Positions 1 through 9,034 of a DNA stretch of 64,000 nt are shown here, piece by piece (positions within the stretch are counted from its first letter, which is position 1; every line of letters begins with the position of its first letter). Under the pieces are notes generated by a model. The model had not been told where the DNA came from. It worked only from the letters and a program-made list of their open reading frames with translations, and searched no databases. Source of the stretch: Myxococcota bacterium (GTDB taxonomy: Bacteria; Myxococcota_A; UBA9160; SZUA-336). The DNA lies in the NCBI GenBank assembly GCA_965247115.1, contig CBDFGR010000003.1, positions 448,001 through 512,000 on the forward strand, written 5' to 3'. Position numbers and translations under genes: made by a program.

Positions 1-124
1 CCACCACGTGCTCCACACTCCAGAGCGACTCCACGCCCACGTCCTCGGCCGTCCTGGCCAGGTGCTCGAGGTTCTCCGGGCGCACGAACGGCCCGACGTT
101 CACGCCTGCAATTCCGAACTTCAT
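1..124 (-). CDS. LLM-class (probably F420-dependent) oxidoreductase, N-terminal part; runs off the window edge
   Basis: Manual translation from ATG at 124: MKFGIAGVNVGPFVRPENLEHLARTAEDVGVESLWSVEHVV (typical AE..G.ESLW..EH motif); GGAGG RBS upstream. Not in the ORF track. Confidence 0.8.
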   Translation of the reverse strand, partial: MKFGIAGVNVGPFVRPENLEHLARTAEDVGVESLWSVEHVV

Positions 125-256
125 GAGACAGACCTCCGCTGGTTGTCAGACGCAATACTACTTCGCGGCCTGCCGCGCAGTCAGCCACAGCGAGGCATTG
201 GAGTAGGCGCAACCCTTCGGGCGCACAGCGGTTGGATGCGGTGAAGGGAGCCGCGG

Positions 257-685
257 ATGGTCCACGGTCGGGCACTTCTGGCGCTAGTGGTCCTTGCCGT
301 CGCCGCTTGCTCGACGCCTCGCCCGGTCCTGTATCCCAATCTGAAACACGCCGAGGCCGGCGAGGAGATCGCGCAGGCCGACATGGACGAGTGTGTCGCG
401 CTGGCGAAGGAGTTCGATGCGAACCCTCCGAGCCAGCCCGGAGAGGGAGTCACGACCGACGTCCTGGAGAGCGCCACCATCGGTGCCGCCACGGGCGGGG
501 CGGTGGGTGCGGTGGTCGGCAACGCTGGCCGTGGCGCGGGCGCCGGAGCAGCCGGGGGCGCCGCCGGCTCCCTGGTGCGCGCAATTTTCCGAGGCGCCCG
601 CGAGCGCAACAGCGAGACAACCTTCCACGTGTTCGTCGAGCGCTGCCTAGAGGAGCGGGGCTACGAGCTCCTTGGCTGGACCTAG
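257..685 (+). CDS. Glycine-zipper lipoprotein
   Basis: Lipobox VAAC; glycine zipper GAATGGAVGAVVG...GAGAGAAGG; C-terminal ERCLEERGY with paired Cys. Confidence 0.8.
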   Translation: MVHGRALLALVVLAVAACSTPRPVLYPNLKHAEAGEEIAQADMDECVALAKEFDANPPSQPGEGVTTDVLESATIGAATGGAVGAVVGNAGRGAGAGAAGGAAGSLVRAIFRGARERNSETTFHVFVERCLEERGYELLGWT

Positions 686-742
686 CCTGGCTGGCTGCAG
701 CCATGCGATGGCCATGTCACGAGTATTGTCGCTCTGCGAGCC

Positions 743-1885
743 TCAGGACTCGATCACGCGCGCGATCTCGTCTGCATGCGCGGCGGCGTCCGACTGCCCC
801 AGCTCGATCATCCGCTCAACATAGTCTCCCTGAAACATGAGGATGCTCAGCAGGTCCGGACTGCTGCTCTCGCGCGAGCCGAGTCGCCGCGTGAGCGAGC
901 GGAACAGGCGCGGTAGGCGCGGCTCGTAGTCGCGTGCAAGGACCGCGAGATCCTGCGACGGCCGCAGCACGAGCAGCTCGACCTTCCGCGGGCCGAGCGG
1001 CCCCGGCTCGGGGTGGTCTTCCAGCAGCCGATTGATCCGCTCGAGATGGATGGCGTCCTGGTCGAGCAGGTCGAGAAAGATCGAGTTGTAGAGCACACCC
1101 AGCACCTGGATCGGCGGCGGATAGCCGCGCACCGAGGGACGCGCGGCCTCTTCCCTGCTCCTGGTGTGACGTGTCGACACCGCGATCATGCGGCTGGCGC
1201 CCAGGTGCACCGCCGGGGCCAGCGGGGAGTGCAGCCGGATCCCGCCGTCGCCGTACCAGTCGCCCTCGATCTGCACGGCCGGGAAGAAGATGGGCAATGC
1301 AGCCGAGGCGATGACATGCTCGACCCGCAGCGAGCGCTGCACGCTCAGCCGCTGCGGCCGCTCCCAGGTATCGATCTGGCGACCCTGAAGCCAGGTGACC
1401 GTCTGACCGGTCGAGTACTTCGTCGTGGTGAGCGCGATGGCTCGCAGATCCCCCGAGGCGAGATTGCGCTCGATGCCTGGCAGAGCGCCGTCGCTGCTAT
1501 CGAAGCCGCGGGTCAAGAATTCCCTCAGGGGAGACGCGTCGACCAGACCTCGGACCTGTGGGAATCCGCGCCGGCCTCCCAGCACCGTAACCTGTGCAAA
1601 CCAGCGCAGCAGATGGCCGAGCAGGGAGACGCTGTCGACGCGGAAGACCTGCTCCACCGACACTTTGCACCAGAGCCGGGTGAGCCTCTCCACATTGGAA
1701 GCGAAGGACCCGGTGGAGTTCGCCAGGTGCGCGGCGTTGATCCCTCCCGCCGAGACGCCGGTGAGAATCGGCACGCGCAGGTCGGGATAGTAGCGCGCCA
1801 GGTGACGGAGGAAACCCACCTGGTAGGCGCCGCGTGCTCCCCCACCCCCGAAGACCAACGCGAGCTCGTTCTGCTCGGGATCCAT
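743..1885 (-). CDS. Patatin-like phospholipase
   Basis: GGGARG oxyanion motif, GVSAG nucleophile (GxSxG), DGG motif. Confidence 0.92.
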   Translation of the reverse strand: MDPEQNELALVFGGGGARGAYQVGFLRHLARYYPDLRVPILTGVSAGGINAAHLANSTGSFASNVERLTRLWCKVSVEQVFRVDSVSLLGHLLRWFAQVTVLGGRRGFPQVRGLVDASPLREFLTRGFDSSDGALPGIERNLASGDLRAIALTTTKYSTGQTVTWLQGRQIDTWERPQRLSVQRSLRVEHVIASAALPIFFPAVQIEGDWYGDGGIRLHSPLAPAVHLGASRMIAVSTRHTRSREEAARPSVRGYPPPIQVLGVLYNSIFLDLLDQDAIHLERINRLLEDHPEPGPLGPRKVELLVLRPSQDLAVLARDYEPRLPRLFRSLTRRLGSRESSSPDLLSILMFQGDYVERMIELGQSDAAAHADEIARVIES

Positions 1886-2051
1886 GGCAGCCTACCCAGT
1901 CGACAGCGGGGGCTCGCCGGTCGGAGCGACAGGCGGCGCGGCGAAAGTCGGGGCGTAGGTATCGCTGCCGGGCTCTGCCATTGCCGCGATTCTCCCGAGT
2001 CGCCCCGGTTTTCTCAAGCTCGTTGTCGCAGGACTCAGTTCCCGGGGCAGC

Positions 2052-2711
2052 ATGACCGATGAGTCCGCGTGGGCCGGCGAGCACCTCAGGAGCCGGCAAG
2101 AGGCAATCCCCTCCATGCTCAAGCTCGTGGTCGTTGTGGGAATTCTGTCCGTAGCGGGCTTCTATACGTGGGACCTGCAAAAGGAGGTCCCTCAGCCCGA
2201 CGGAGCGCTGGTCCCGGGCGAACCACGCCAGATGAACATGCGCGAGGGCCAGGCGCAGTTCTACAAGGGCTACCGCCTGATCCCCCTTGCTCGTTTCTCG
2301 ATGGCCGCACGAGTGCTGAGTCACGAGCGCTACCACTTCGGCCGAGCGGCCGACCTCGCCCCGGTCGACCTGGCCCTTGGCTGGGGACCGATGTCCGCCA
2401 ACCGGATCCTCGACAAGATCGACATCTTCCAGAGCGGCCGCTTCTACTTCTGGAACGCCTCGAGGCTGCCGATCCCGAGCTCGGAGATCTCGCGGTATAG
2501 CGCCAACATGCACATGATTCCCGGGAGCCAGACGATCGCCAAGGAGATCAAGCGCGTACGCACCGGAAACGTTGTCGAGTTCAGCGGGTTTCTGGTGGCC
2601 GCCGACGCTCCAGACGGCTGGACGTGGCGCAGCTCGCTCAGCCGGATGGACCGCGGCGACGGCAGCTGTGAGCTGGTCTACATCAAGCACTTCCGCATTC
2701 GCGAGATATAG
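2052..2711 (+). CDS. Membrane-anchored hypothetical protein (start may be the later ATG of MLKLVVVV)
   Basis: N-terminal hydrophobic segment, globular composition, motifs PVDLALGWG, SANMHMIP, WRSSLSR.D.G.GSCE. Confidence 0.7.
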   Translation: MTDESAWAGEHLRSRQEAIPSMLKLVVVVGILSVAGFYTWDLQKEVPQPDGALVPGEPRQMNMREGQAQFYKGYRLIPLARFSMAARVLSHERYHFGRAADLAPVDLALGWGPMSANRILDKIDIFQSGRFYFWNASRLPIPSSEISRYSANMHMIPGSQTIAKEIKRVRTGNVVEFSGFLVAADAPDGWTWRSSLSRMDRGDGSCELVYIKHFRIREI

Positions 2712-2718
2712 GACGGAC

Positions 2719-3303
2719 GTGGGACGTTTTCTGATACTCGCGGCGGTCGTGGCGCTGGCCTACGGGCTGACCAGCGTCGTCGTCGAGCGGGGTGGTCGGC
2801 TTCGCACGGAGGGACGAACAGTCCTCCTCGACACCCAGGACCTCGAGGTGCGCTTCTCCCGTCAGGCCCCCCTCTCCGACTCCTACATGCTCTTCGGAGG
2901 CATTGCGAGCCAGGTACGGAACAGCTTCACCCACGCCACGCTGGCGGCGCTCGGGATCGAGGAGGCGCGCCTGATCTCCGACCGCTATCCCGACTTCCAC
3001 ATGTGCAAGTCGCCCGGCGCCGCGAACGCAAAACGCCTGATCCAGACGCTCAGCTTCGTGGGCGCCAGCTCGGGCACCCGAAAGACGCTCGCGAAAGCCG
3101 TCGACGTGCACATGGAGCGGGTCCGGAGCGGGGGCGCCCGCACCTGCCTGACGATCTCCGGCGCAGACCTCGCGCTCGACTCGATTCGTTTCAGGGAGAA
3201 CGCCGCCGACATCACGGACCAGGTCCGCGGCAAGCTCGACGGCACCCGCTTGGTTCTCGCTGAGAGCGCGAAGATCGTCGACTGCGAGCCGCTGCTTCGC
3301 TGA
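2719..3303 (+). CDS. Hypothetical membrane-anchored/exported protein
   Basis: GTG 7 bp after the upstream stop, in frame with ORF 2572..3303; hydrophobic N-terminus FLILAAVVALAYGL. Confidence 0.65.
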   Translation: MGRFLILAAVVALAYGLTSVVVERGGRLRTEGRTVLLDTQDLEVRFSRQAPLSDSYMLFGGIASQVRNSFTHATLAALGIEEARLISDRYPDFHMCKSPGAANAKRLIQTLSFVGASSGTRKTLAKAVDVHMERVRSGGARTCLTISGADLALDSIRFRENAADITDQVRGKLDGTRLVLAESAKIVDCEPLLR

Positions 3304-3337
3304 GCGCGGATCTGAACTCGTGGCGATACGCCGCCGA

Positions 3338-5230
3338 CTACGGGAGTCCCGCACTGCGGAGGTTCTCGACGTCCCCGGCCGGATCCGCGGCTCCGAAGAG
3401 GCCCGTGTCGTGCCCCGGTAGCGCGATGAAGGCCTGCTCCGCCGTAATGTCCGGATTCGTGCGCAGGATCTCCCGGGCCACCGTCCGGGCATCTGCATGC
3501 CGCCCGATCTTCTCGTAGTAAATGACGAGCGGGATACGAGCGAGGACCATGTGGGGATACTCCGCACGGACGCGCTCCCATAGCTCGACGGCTCGCTCGT
3601 AGCGGCCGACGGCGGCGTTCACGTACCCAACAAACATCCAGATGGCCGACGGCGCCCGGGGATTGAGGCGAAGCGTAGCGGCCAGCGTCTGGCCCGCCGC
3701 CAGGTAGCTGCCCACCTCGAACTGTGCGACGGCGAGAAGGACCCGAGAGAACTCGTCGTTCGGGTTCAGCTCGACTGCTCGCTCTGCAATCGCGAGAGCC
3801 TCGTCGTGCCGACCTGCATGCATCTCCACCTGCGACAGCAAGCGATGCCCGTCCGCAGCGGAAGGCTCGAGCTCGAGCGCTCGCCGGGCGTGGCGTCCGG
3901 CACGCTCGATCAGCTCCGGATCGAGGCTCCACAGCAGGCCGTACTCGAGGAAGTAGGTCATTCCGAGCGCGGCATGGGCCTCCGCGTAGTCGGGATCGAG
4001 CTCAACCGCGCGCTGAAACAGCGCGCGGGCCCGCGCGTTCGCGTCGGGCGTGAAGTGCTGGATCTCGAAGGAGCCCTGCAGGGAGGCATCGTAGGCGGTC
4101 AGATCCTCCGTCGGCTTGCGCCGCACACGTTCGAGCTCGGCTTCCAGGATCTCGACCCGGAGCGCGCGCTGGATGGACTCTGCGATCTCGGACTGCACCG
4201 CAAAGATGTCGGCCAGGTCGCGGTCGTACTGCTCGTTCCAGAGCTGGAAGTCGCTGGTCGCGTCGATCAGCTGGGCCGCGATGCGCACGCGGTCCTCGGC
4301 CCTGCGCACACTCCCCTCGATCACGTAGCGCACTCCGAGCTCGCGGCTCACATCTCCAAGCCGCACGCTACGACCCTTGTAGCTGAAGGCGGAGCTGCGC
4401 GAGATCACGAAGAGACCCGGATTGCGCGCGAAGGCGGCCGTCAGCTCCTCCGTGATCCCGTCGCTGAAGTAGTCCTGGGCGGGGTCGGCGCTCATGTTCG
4501 CAAAAGGCAGTACGACCAGTGAGGGGCGGTCCGGCAGCGGTGGCTCGACTGGAGGACCCAGTACCCCTGCCCGGTCGAGCGCGTAGGCGAGGGGTCGCGG
4601 CCAGCTCGCCCAGAGCCCGAGCGCAAAGACCAGGAGGATGGCCGCCGCGCCGATCAGGGAGGAACGCCGTCGCCGCTGGCTGGAGTCAGCGCGAGTCTGG
4701 TTCTCGCTCCGCCCGGGCGCAGTCGCGGCGCCGCTCACCGCGTAGGCGCTCACCGGGCGCCCCACGTTCTTCAGCTCCCTCTCTCCCAGAGACTGGGTGT
4801 GGATACCCGGCTGGTTGCGGATCGACTGCTGCACCTCCTGCGTGACCACCACTCCGCCCGGTTCGGCCAGAGGGCGAACGCGCGCCGCGAGGTTTACACC
4901 ATCTCCGCGCACTTCTCCGTTGGCGAACACGACGTCGCCGGAGTGCACACCGATCCGAACGCGAAGCTCGGAGTCATCCTGCAGCGCCTCCTGCACCGCG
5001 AGCGCACAGTTCACGGCAGCCAGCGCACTCTCGAAGGTGGATAGAGTCTCGTCGCCGGGCGCCTCGATGCTGTCGCCCTCGTAGCGTTCGACAAGCGCAC
5101 CGACGACCTGGCGGTGGCGCTCGCGCACGCGGACTCCGAGCGCCTCGTCCTCCGCCATGAGGGCCGTGTAGCCCACGATGTCAGTGAACATGACTGCGGC
5201 GAGTCTTCGCCTGTCCCTATCTCCGCTCAC
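3338..5230 (-). CDS. Class III nucleotide cyclase with TM helix, TolB-N/FlgO-like domain and TPR repeats
   Basis: AVMFTDIVGYT, GD, GDGVNLAAR cyclase motifs; SLVVLPFANMS...YFSDGITEEL domain; TPRs (ELDPDYAEAHAALG). Confidence 0.9.
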   Translation of the reverse strand: MSGDRDRRRLAAVMFTDIVGYTALMAEDEALGVRVRERHRQVVGALVERYEGDSIEAPGDETLSTFESALAAVNCALAVQEALQDDSELRVRIGVHSGDVVFANGEVRGDGVNLAARVRPLAEPGGVVVTQEVQQSIRNQPGIHTQSLGERELKNVGRPVSAYAVSGAATAPGRSENQTRADSSQRRRRSSLIGAAAILLVFALGLWASWPRPLAYALDRAGVLGPPVEPPLPDRPSLVVLPFANMSADPAQDYFSDGITEELTAAFARNPGLFVISRSSAFSYKGRSVRLGDVSRELGVRYVIEGSVRRAEDRVRIAAQLIDATSDFQLWNEQYDRDLADIFAVQSEIAESIQRALRVEILEAELERVRRKPTEDLTAYDASLQGSFEIQHFTPDANARARALFQRAVELDPDYAEAHAALGMTYFLEYGLLWSLDPELIERAGRHARRALELEPSAADGHRLLSQVEMHAGRHDEALAIAERAVELNPNDEFSRVLLAVAQFEVGSYLAAGQTLAATLRLNPRAPSAIWMFVGYVNAAVGRYERAVELWERVRAEYPHMVLARIPLVIYYEKIGRHADARTVAREILRTNPDITAEQAFIALPGHDTGLFGAADPAGDVENLRSAGLP

Positions 5231-5461
5231 TCATGTTTCCTGGCTTGAGCTCGGCGGGAGGATCCAGACGAACTTCAACCGGCATGCTCGGGCCCTCCTG
5301 AAAGGTCCGATTCTATGCGCGTTGCCCTGGGGCTGCTCGCCGGCAGAGCTGGCTCCTCGCGCAGCAGGGTTCCGAGAGCGGGCGGAGCTGGCCGCGCCAG
5401 ACGTCGATGTCGCGGGGAAGGCGAGCTTATCGCCCCCGGACGCGCTTCACTTCCCTGCACA

Positions 5462-6907
5462 GTGCGTACGTTTGCAGTCGCTCTCTGCCTCGGCCTCATG
5501 GCGACGGGAGCCGCCGCCGCGATCGAGCTCGAGGACTGCCAGGTGTCCGGTCCGGGCGGGTTCGGCCGCCTGGCCGCCCGCTGCGGCACGCTGGAGGTCC
5601 CTCTGAACCCAGCCGAGCCGGAGGGTCAGAAGATCGGGCTCTTCGTCGCCGTGGTTCCGGCGCTCTCCAAGGTCCCCGAGCCGGACGCATTCACCGTGAT
5701 CGCGGGCGGGCCCGGCCAGGCGTCGACCGAGTTCTACGTGGGTGTGGCCGGCAGCTTCGAGCGGATCCGGCGCGAACGCGACATCGTCCTGGTCGACCAG
5801 CGCGGGACCGGTCAGTCCAACGCGCTCGAGTGTTCCTCGGAATCGGCAGGCCTGGACGCCTCGAGCCCTGAGCGAGTTCGCGAGGAGACGGCGCGCTGTC
5901 TGGAGCAGCTTCCAAGCGACCCGCGCTACTACACGAGCAGCGTGGCCGTGCGCGACCTGGAGCTGGTCCGAGCTGCGCTCGGCTACAACAGCTGGAACCT
6001 GTACGGGATCTCGTACGGCACGCGCGTCGCCCTTCACTACCTGCGCCGCTACCCGGAGACGACCCGCAGCGTGGTGCTCGACGGTGTGGTGCCCGCCGAC
6101 ACCGTCCTTGGACCGCACATCGCGCCCGACGCACAGGCCGCGCTCGACGCCATCTTCGCGCGCTGCGCTGCAGATCCCGGCTGCAGTGCGCGCTTCCCCG
6201 AGCTTCCAAGTGCCTTTCGGGAGCTGCTGGAAGAGCTGCGCGAACGGCCCGTGCCCCTGAACGTCGCGGACCCCCTGGACGACACGCCCATCGAGCTGCT
6301 GTTTGGCGTGGAGCAGCTCGGGCTGGCCGTCCGCCTGCTCAGCTACGCGTCCGAGACCGCATCGCTCCTCCCCATCCTGATCTGGGAGGGTCGGGCGGGG
6401 AACCTGGAACGACTGGCCCTGCAGGCACTCCTGGTGGCACGCAGCCTCGACGAGAGCATGAGTGGCGGGATGCACAACGCGATCGTCTGCACCGAGGACG
6501 CCCCTTTCTACAACGGCCGAACCGTCGACCGGGAAGCACTCGAGCGTAGCTACCTTGGCGCAGTGGCGTACGATCTGCTGATCGAGCTCTGTGCGCTCTG
6601 GCCGCGCGGAGTCATCGACGCGGGATTCAAGGAACCAGTGGTGTCGGAGCGGCCGGTGCTGCTGCTCTCCGGAGAGAACGATCCGATCACCCCGCCGGCG
6701 AGCGCCGAGCAGGCGGCCGCCACGCTTTCGAACAGCCTCCACATCGTAGGACCGGGGCAAGGGCACGGGATGGCGCCGCGGGGCTGCCTCTCTCGACTCA
6801 TCGCGGAGTTCGTCGAAGCAGGAAGTCCGACCGAGCTCGACCCGTCGTGCGCCGCCGTCCTACGGGCGACACCGTTCTTCGTACGCCGGACGGGACCGGA
6901 GCCCTGA
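5462..6907 (+). CDS. Exported alpha/beta hydrolase, TAP-like (S33) peptidase family
   Basis: Signal peptide from GTG 5462; GGPG, DQRGTG, GISYG nucleophile, DPITP Asp, GHG His. Confidence 0.88.
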   Translation: MRTFAVALCLGLMATGAAAAIELEDCQVSGPGGFGRLAARCGTLEVPLNPAEPEGQKIGLFVAVVPALSKVPEPDAFTVIAGGPGQASTEFYVGVAGSFERIRRERDIVLVDQRGTGQSNALECSSESAGLDASSPERVREETARCLEQLPSDPRYYTSSVAVRDLELVRAALGYNSWNLYGISYGTRVALHYLRRYPETTRSVVLDGVVPADTVLGPHIAPDAQAALDAIFARCAADPGCSARFPELPSAFRELLEELRERPVPLNVADPLDDTPIELLFGVEQLGLAVRLLSYASETASLLPILIWEGRAGNLERLALQALLVARSLDESMSGGMHNAIVCTEDAPFYNGRTVDREALERSYLGAVAYDLLIELCALWPRGVIDAGFKEPVVSERPVLLLSGENDPITPPASAEQAAATLSNSLHIVGPGQGHGMAPRGCLSRLIAEFVEAGSPTELDPSCAAVLRATPFFVRRTGPEP

Positions 6908-6908
6908 G

Positions 6909-7643
6909 ATGATCGAGGTGCGCGAGCTCGGCAAGTCCTTCGGGACGGTCCAGGCCGTGGCCGACGTGAGCTTTCGAGCCGACGACGGTCGCATCACGGG
7001 ACTGCTTGGGCCCAACGGCGCGGGCAAGTCGACGACGCTCCGCATCTTGTGCTCCGTGCTGAAGCCGGACCGGGGCTCCGCGCTCATCGACGGTCAGGAT
7101 GTGGTCACGCACGCGCTCGAGGCCCGTCGCCTGCTCGGCGTGCTGCCCGACTCCTCCGGGCTCTATCCGCGGCTCTCCGCACGCGAGAACATCCGCTACT
7201 ACGGAGAGCTCCACGGGCTGCGTGGGCGGGCACTCGAACAGGAGGTGGCCGACCTGATCCGCCTGCTCGAGATCGAACCGTTCGCCGACCGCCGCGCCAA
7301 GGGCTTCTCGCACGGGGAGCGGCTCAAGGTGGCGCTGGCGAGAGCACTCATTCACGCGCCCCGAAACGTGGTGCTGGATGAGCCGACCAACGGTCTGGAC
7401 GTGATGGCCACCCGCTCTCTTCGGACCCTGATCCGTCGGTTGCGCGACGAGGGCAAATGCGTGCTGTTCTCGAGCCACGTGATGCAAGAGGTCGCCGCGC
7501 TCTGCGACGAGATCGTGGTCATCGCGCACGGGCGGGTGGTCACCCACGGAAGCCCTGACCAGCTGCGCAGCCAGATGGGCACGGCCGATCTCGAGGATGC
7601 GTTCGTGAGGGCCATCGGCAGCGAAGAGGGGCTGGCCCGCTGA
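6909..7643 (+). CDS. ABC transporter ATP-binding protein, NatA-like
   Basis: Walker A GPNGAGKS, signature FSHGE, Walker B VVLDEP, SSH switch. Confidence 0.92.
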   Translation: MIEVRELGKSFGTVQAVADVSFRADDGRITGLLGPNGAGKSTTLRILCSVLKPDRGSALIDGQDVVTHALEARRLLGVLPDSSGLYPRLSARENIRYYGELHGLRGRALEQEVADLIRLLEIEPFADRRAKGFSHGERLKVALARALIHAPRNVVLDEPTNGLDVMATRSLRTLIRRLRDEGKCVLFSSHVMQEVAALCDEIVVIAHGRVVTHGSPDQLRSQMGTADLEDAFVRAIGSEEGLAR

Positions 7644-8812
7644 TGGGCTCCATCCTCGCGGTGTTCCGCAAGGAGGTCGTCGACAACTTCCGCGATCGCC
7701 GCACCTTGCTGACGGCCCTGCTGCTGGGTCCGCTGCTGGGACCGGCGCTCTTCGCGTTCCTGATCACGGCCGTGCTGCGGCAGAACGTGGCAGAGCTCGA
7801 CCTTGCGCTCGAGCTGCCCGTCGTCGGGGCCGAGCGGGCACCGAACCTGATTCAGTTCCTGCGCGAGCAGAACGTGGAGATTCTGGGTCCACTCGCCGAC
7901 CCCGAGGCCGCGGTCAGTGCCGGCGAACACGACGTGGTGCTCGTGATCCCGGCGAACTTCGCGGCCGCGTTCCGCGCCGGCACTCCCGCGCCGCTGCGGC
8001 TGGTAATGGACCGCTCGAACCAGAGCGCGGCCAGGGACGTCGCCCGCGCGCGCGCCCTGCTGGGTGGCTACAGCCGGCAGCTGGCACTCCTGAAGCTTCA
8101 GCTGCGCGGTGTGAGCCCGCTGGCCCTGTCCCCGCTGGTCGTCGAGGAGGCCGACGTCTCTACTCCATCGGGGCGTTCCGCTGTGCTGTTAGGGATGGTG
8201 CCCTACTTCGTGCTCTTCTCGATCCTGATGGGTTGCTTCAACATCGCCATCGACACCACGGCGGGCGAACGGGAGCGCGGCTCGCTGGAGGCCCTTCTCA
8301 CGCTGCCCGTGGGCCGTTCGGAGCTGGCCCTCGGCAAGCTCGCGGCCAGCTGCCTGTACTCGATCCTGTCGCTCCTGCTCGCAATCCTGGCCTTCGGGAT
8401 CAGCATCTCCTTCATCCCGCTCGAGGACGTGGGTATGACGGCGAACTTCGGCCCGGTGGTGATGCTGAGAGTGCTCGGCGTCGCCCTCCCGTTCGTGCTG
8501 CTGGCCGCGAGCCTGCTCACGCTGATCGCCTCCTTCACGCGCAGCTTCAAGGAGGCCCAGTCCTATCTCTCGCTCGTGCTCCTGGTCCCGATGATTCCAT
8601 TCATCGCGTCCACACTCGCCCCGATCCAGCCGAGCCTCACCTTGATGGGATTTCCAGTCCTGAGTCAGCACCTGCTGATCACGGAGCTGATGAAGGACGA
8701 CCCGGTAGCGCTGTCGGCGATCCTCGCCTCGATCGCGGGCACGCTCGCCGCGGGCGGAATCGTGGCCTGGGCGACGACGCGCCTCTACCGGCGCGAAGGT
8801 CTGCTCGGATAG
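7643..8812 (+). CDS. ABC-2 type permease, NatB-like
   Basis: KE..D..RDRRT N-terminus, AGERERGSLEALL motif, multiple TMs; TGATG overlap with the ATPase gene. Confidence 0.9.
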   Translation: MGSILAVFRKEVVDNFRDRRTLLTALLLGPLLGPALFAFLITAVLRQNVAELDLALELPVVGAERAPNLIQFLREQNVEILGPLADPEAAVSAGEHDVVLVIPANFAAAFRAGTPAPLRLVMDRSNQSAARDVARARALLGGYSRQLALLKLQLRGVSPLALSPLVVEEADVSTPSGRSAVLLGMVPYFVLFSILMGCFNIAIDTTAGERERGSLEALLTLPVGRSELALGKLAASCLYSILSLLLAILAFGISISFIPLEDVGMTANFGPVVMLRVLGVALPFVLLAASLLTLIASFTRSFKEAQSYLSLVLLVPMIPFIASTLAPIQPSLTLMGFPVLSQHLLITELMKDDPVALSAILASIAGTLAAGGIVAWATTRLYRREGLLG

Positions 8813-9034
8813 GCTCCGAGCTCGCAGGTCTCTAGCGGCATGGTCCACGCTCGCGCGGCCGCACCAGCGGGGCGCAAATCCGCGTCCTGTAAGGCGATAT
8901 CCCGCCGGCTGAGCTCTCGCCGTGCTTGAATTCCAGGGCACTCCGAGGCGAAAATAAAGCTTGATCTCCGGTGACACCCGGGAGCAGACTGCTTCGGGAA
9001 CTTCTCCCACTGGAAGGGGAATGGAGGGATCACC

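Noticed and set aside
8960..9030. Possible cobalamin riboswitch ahead of the TonB-dependent receptor (CCGGTGACACCCGG hairpin, CCACTGGAAGG)
   Set aside because: The conserved GGGAA before the hairpin and the GCCCCCGCAACTGT core are missing, and the spacing is too short. An Infernal/Rfam scan would settle it.
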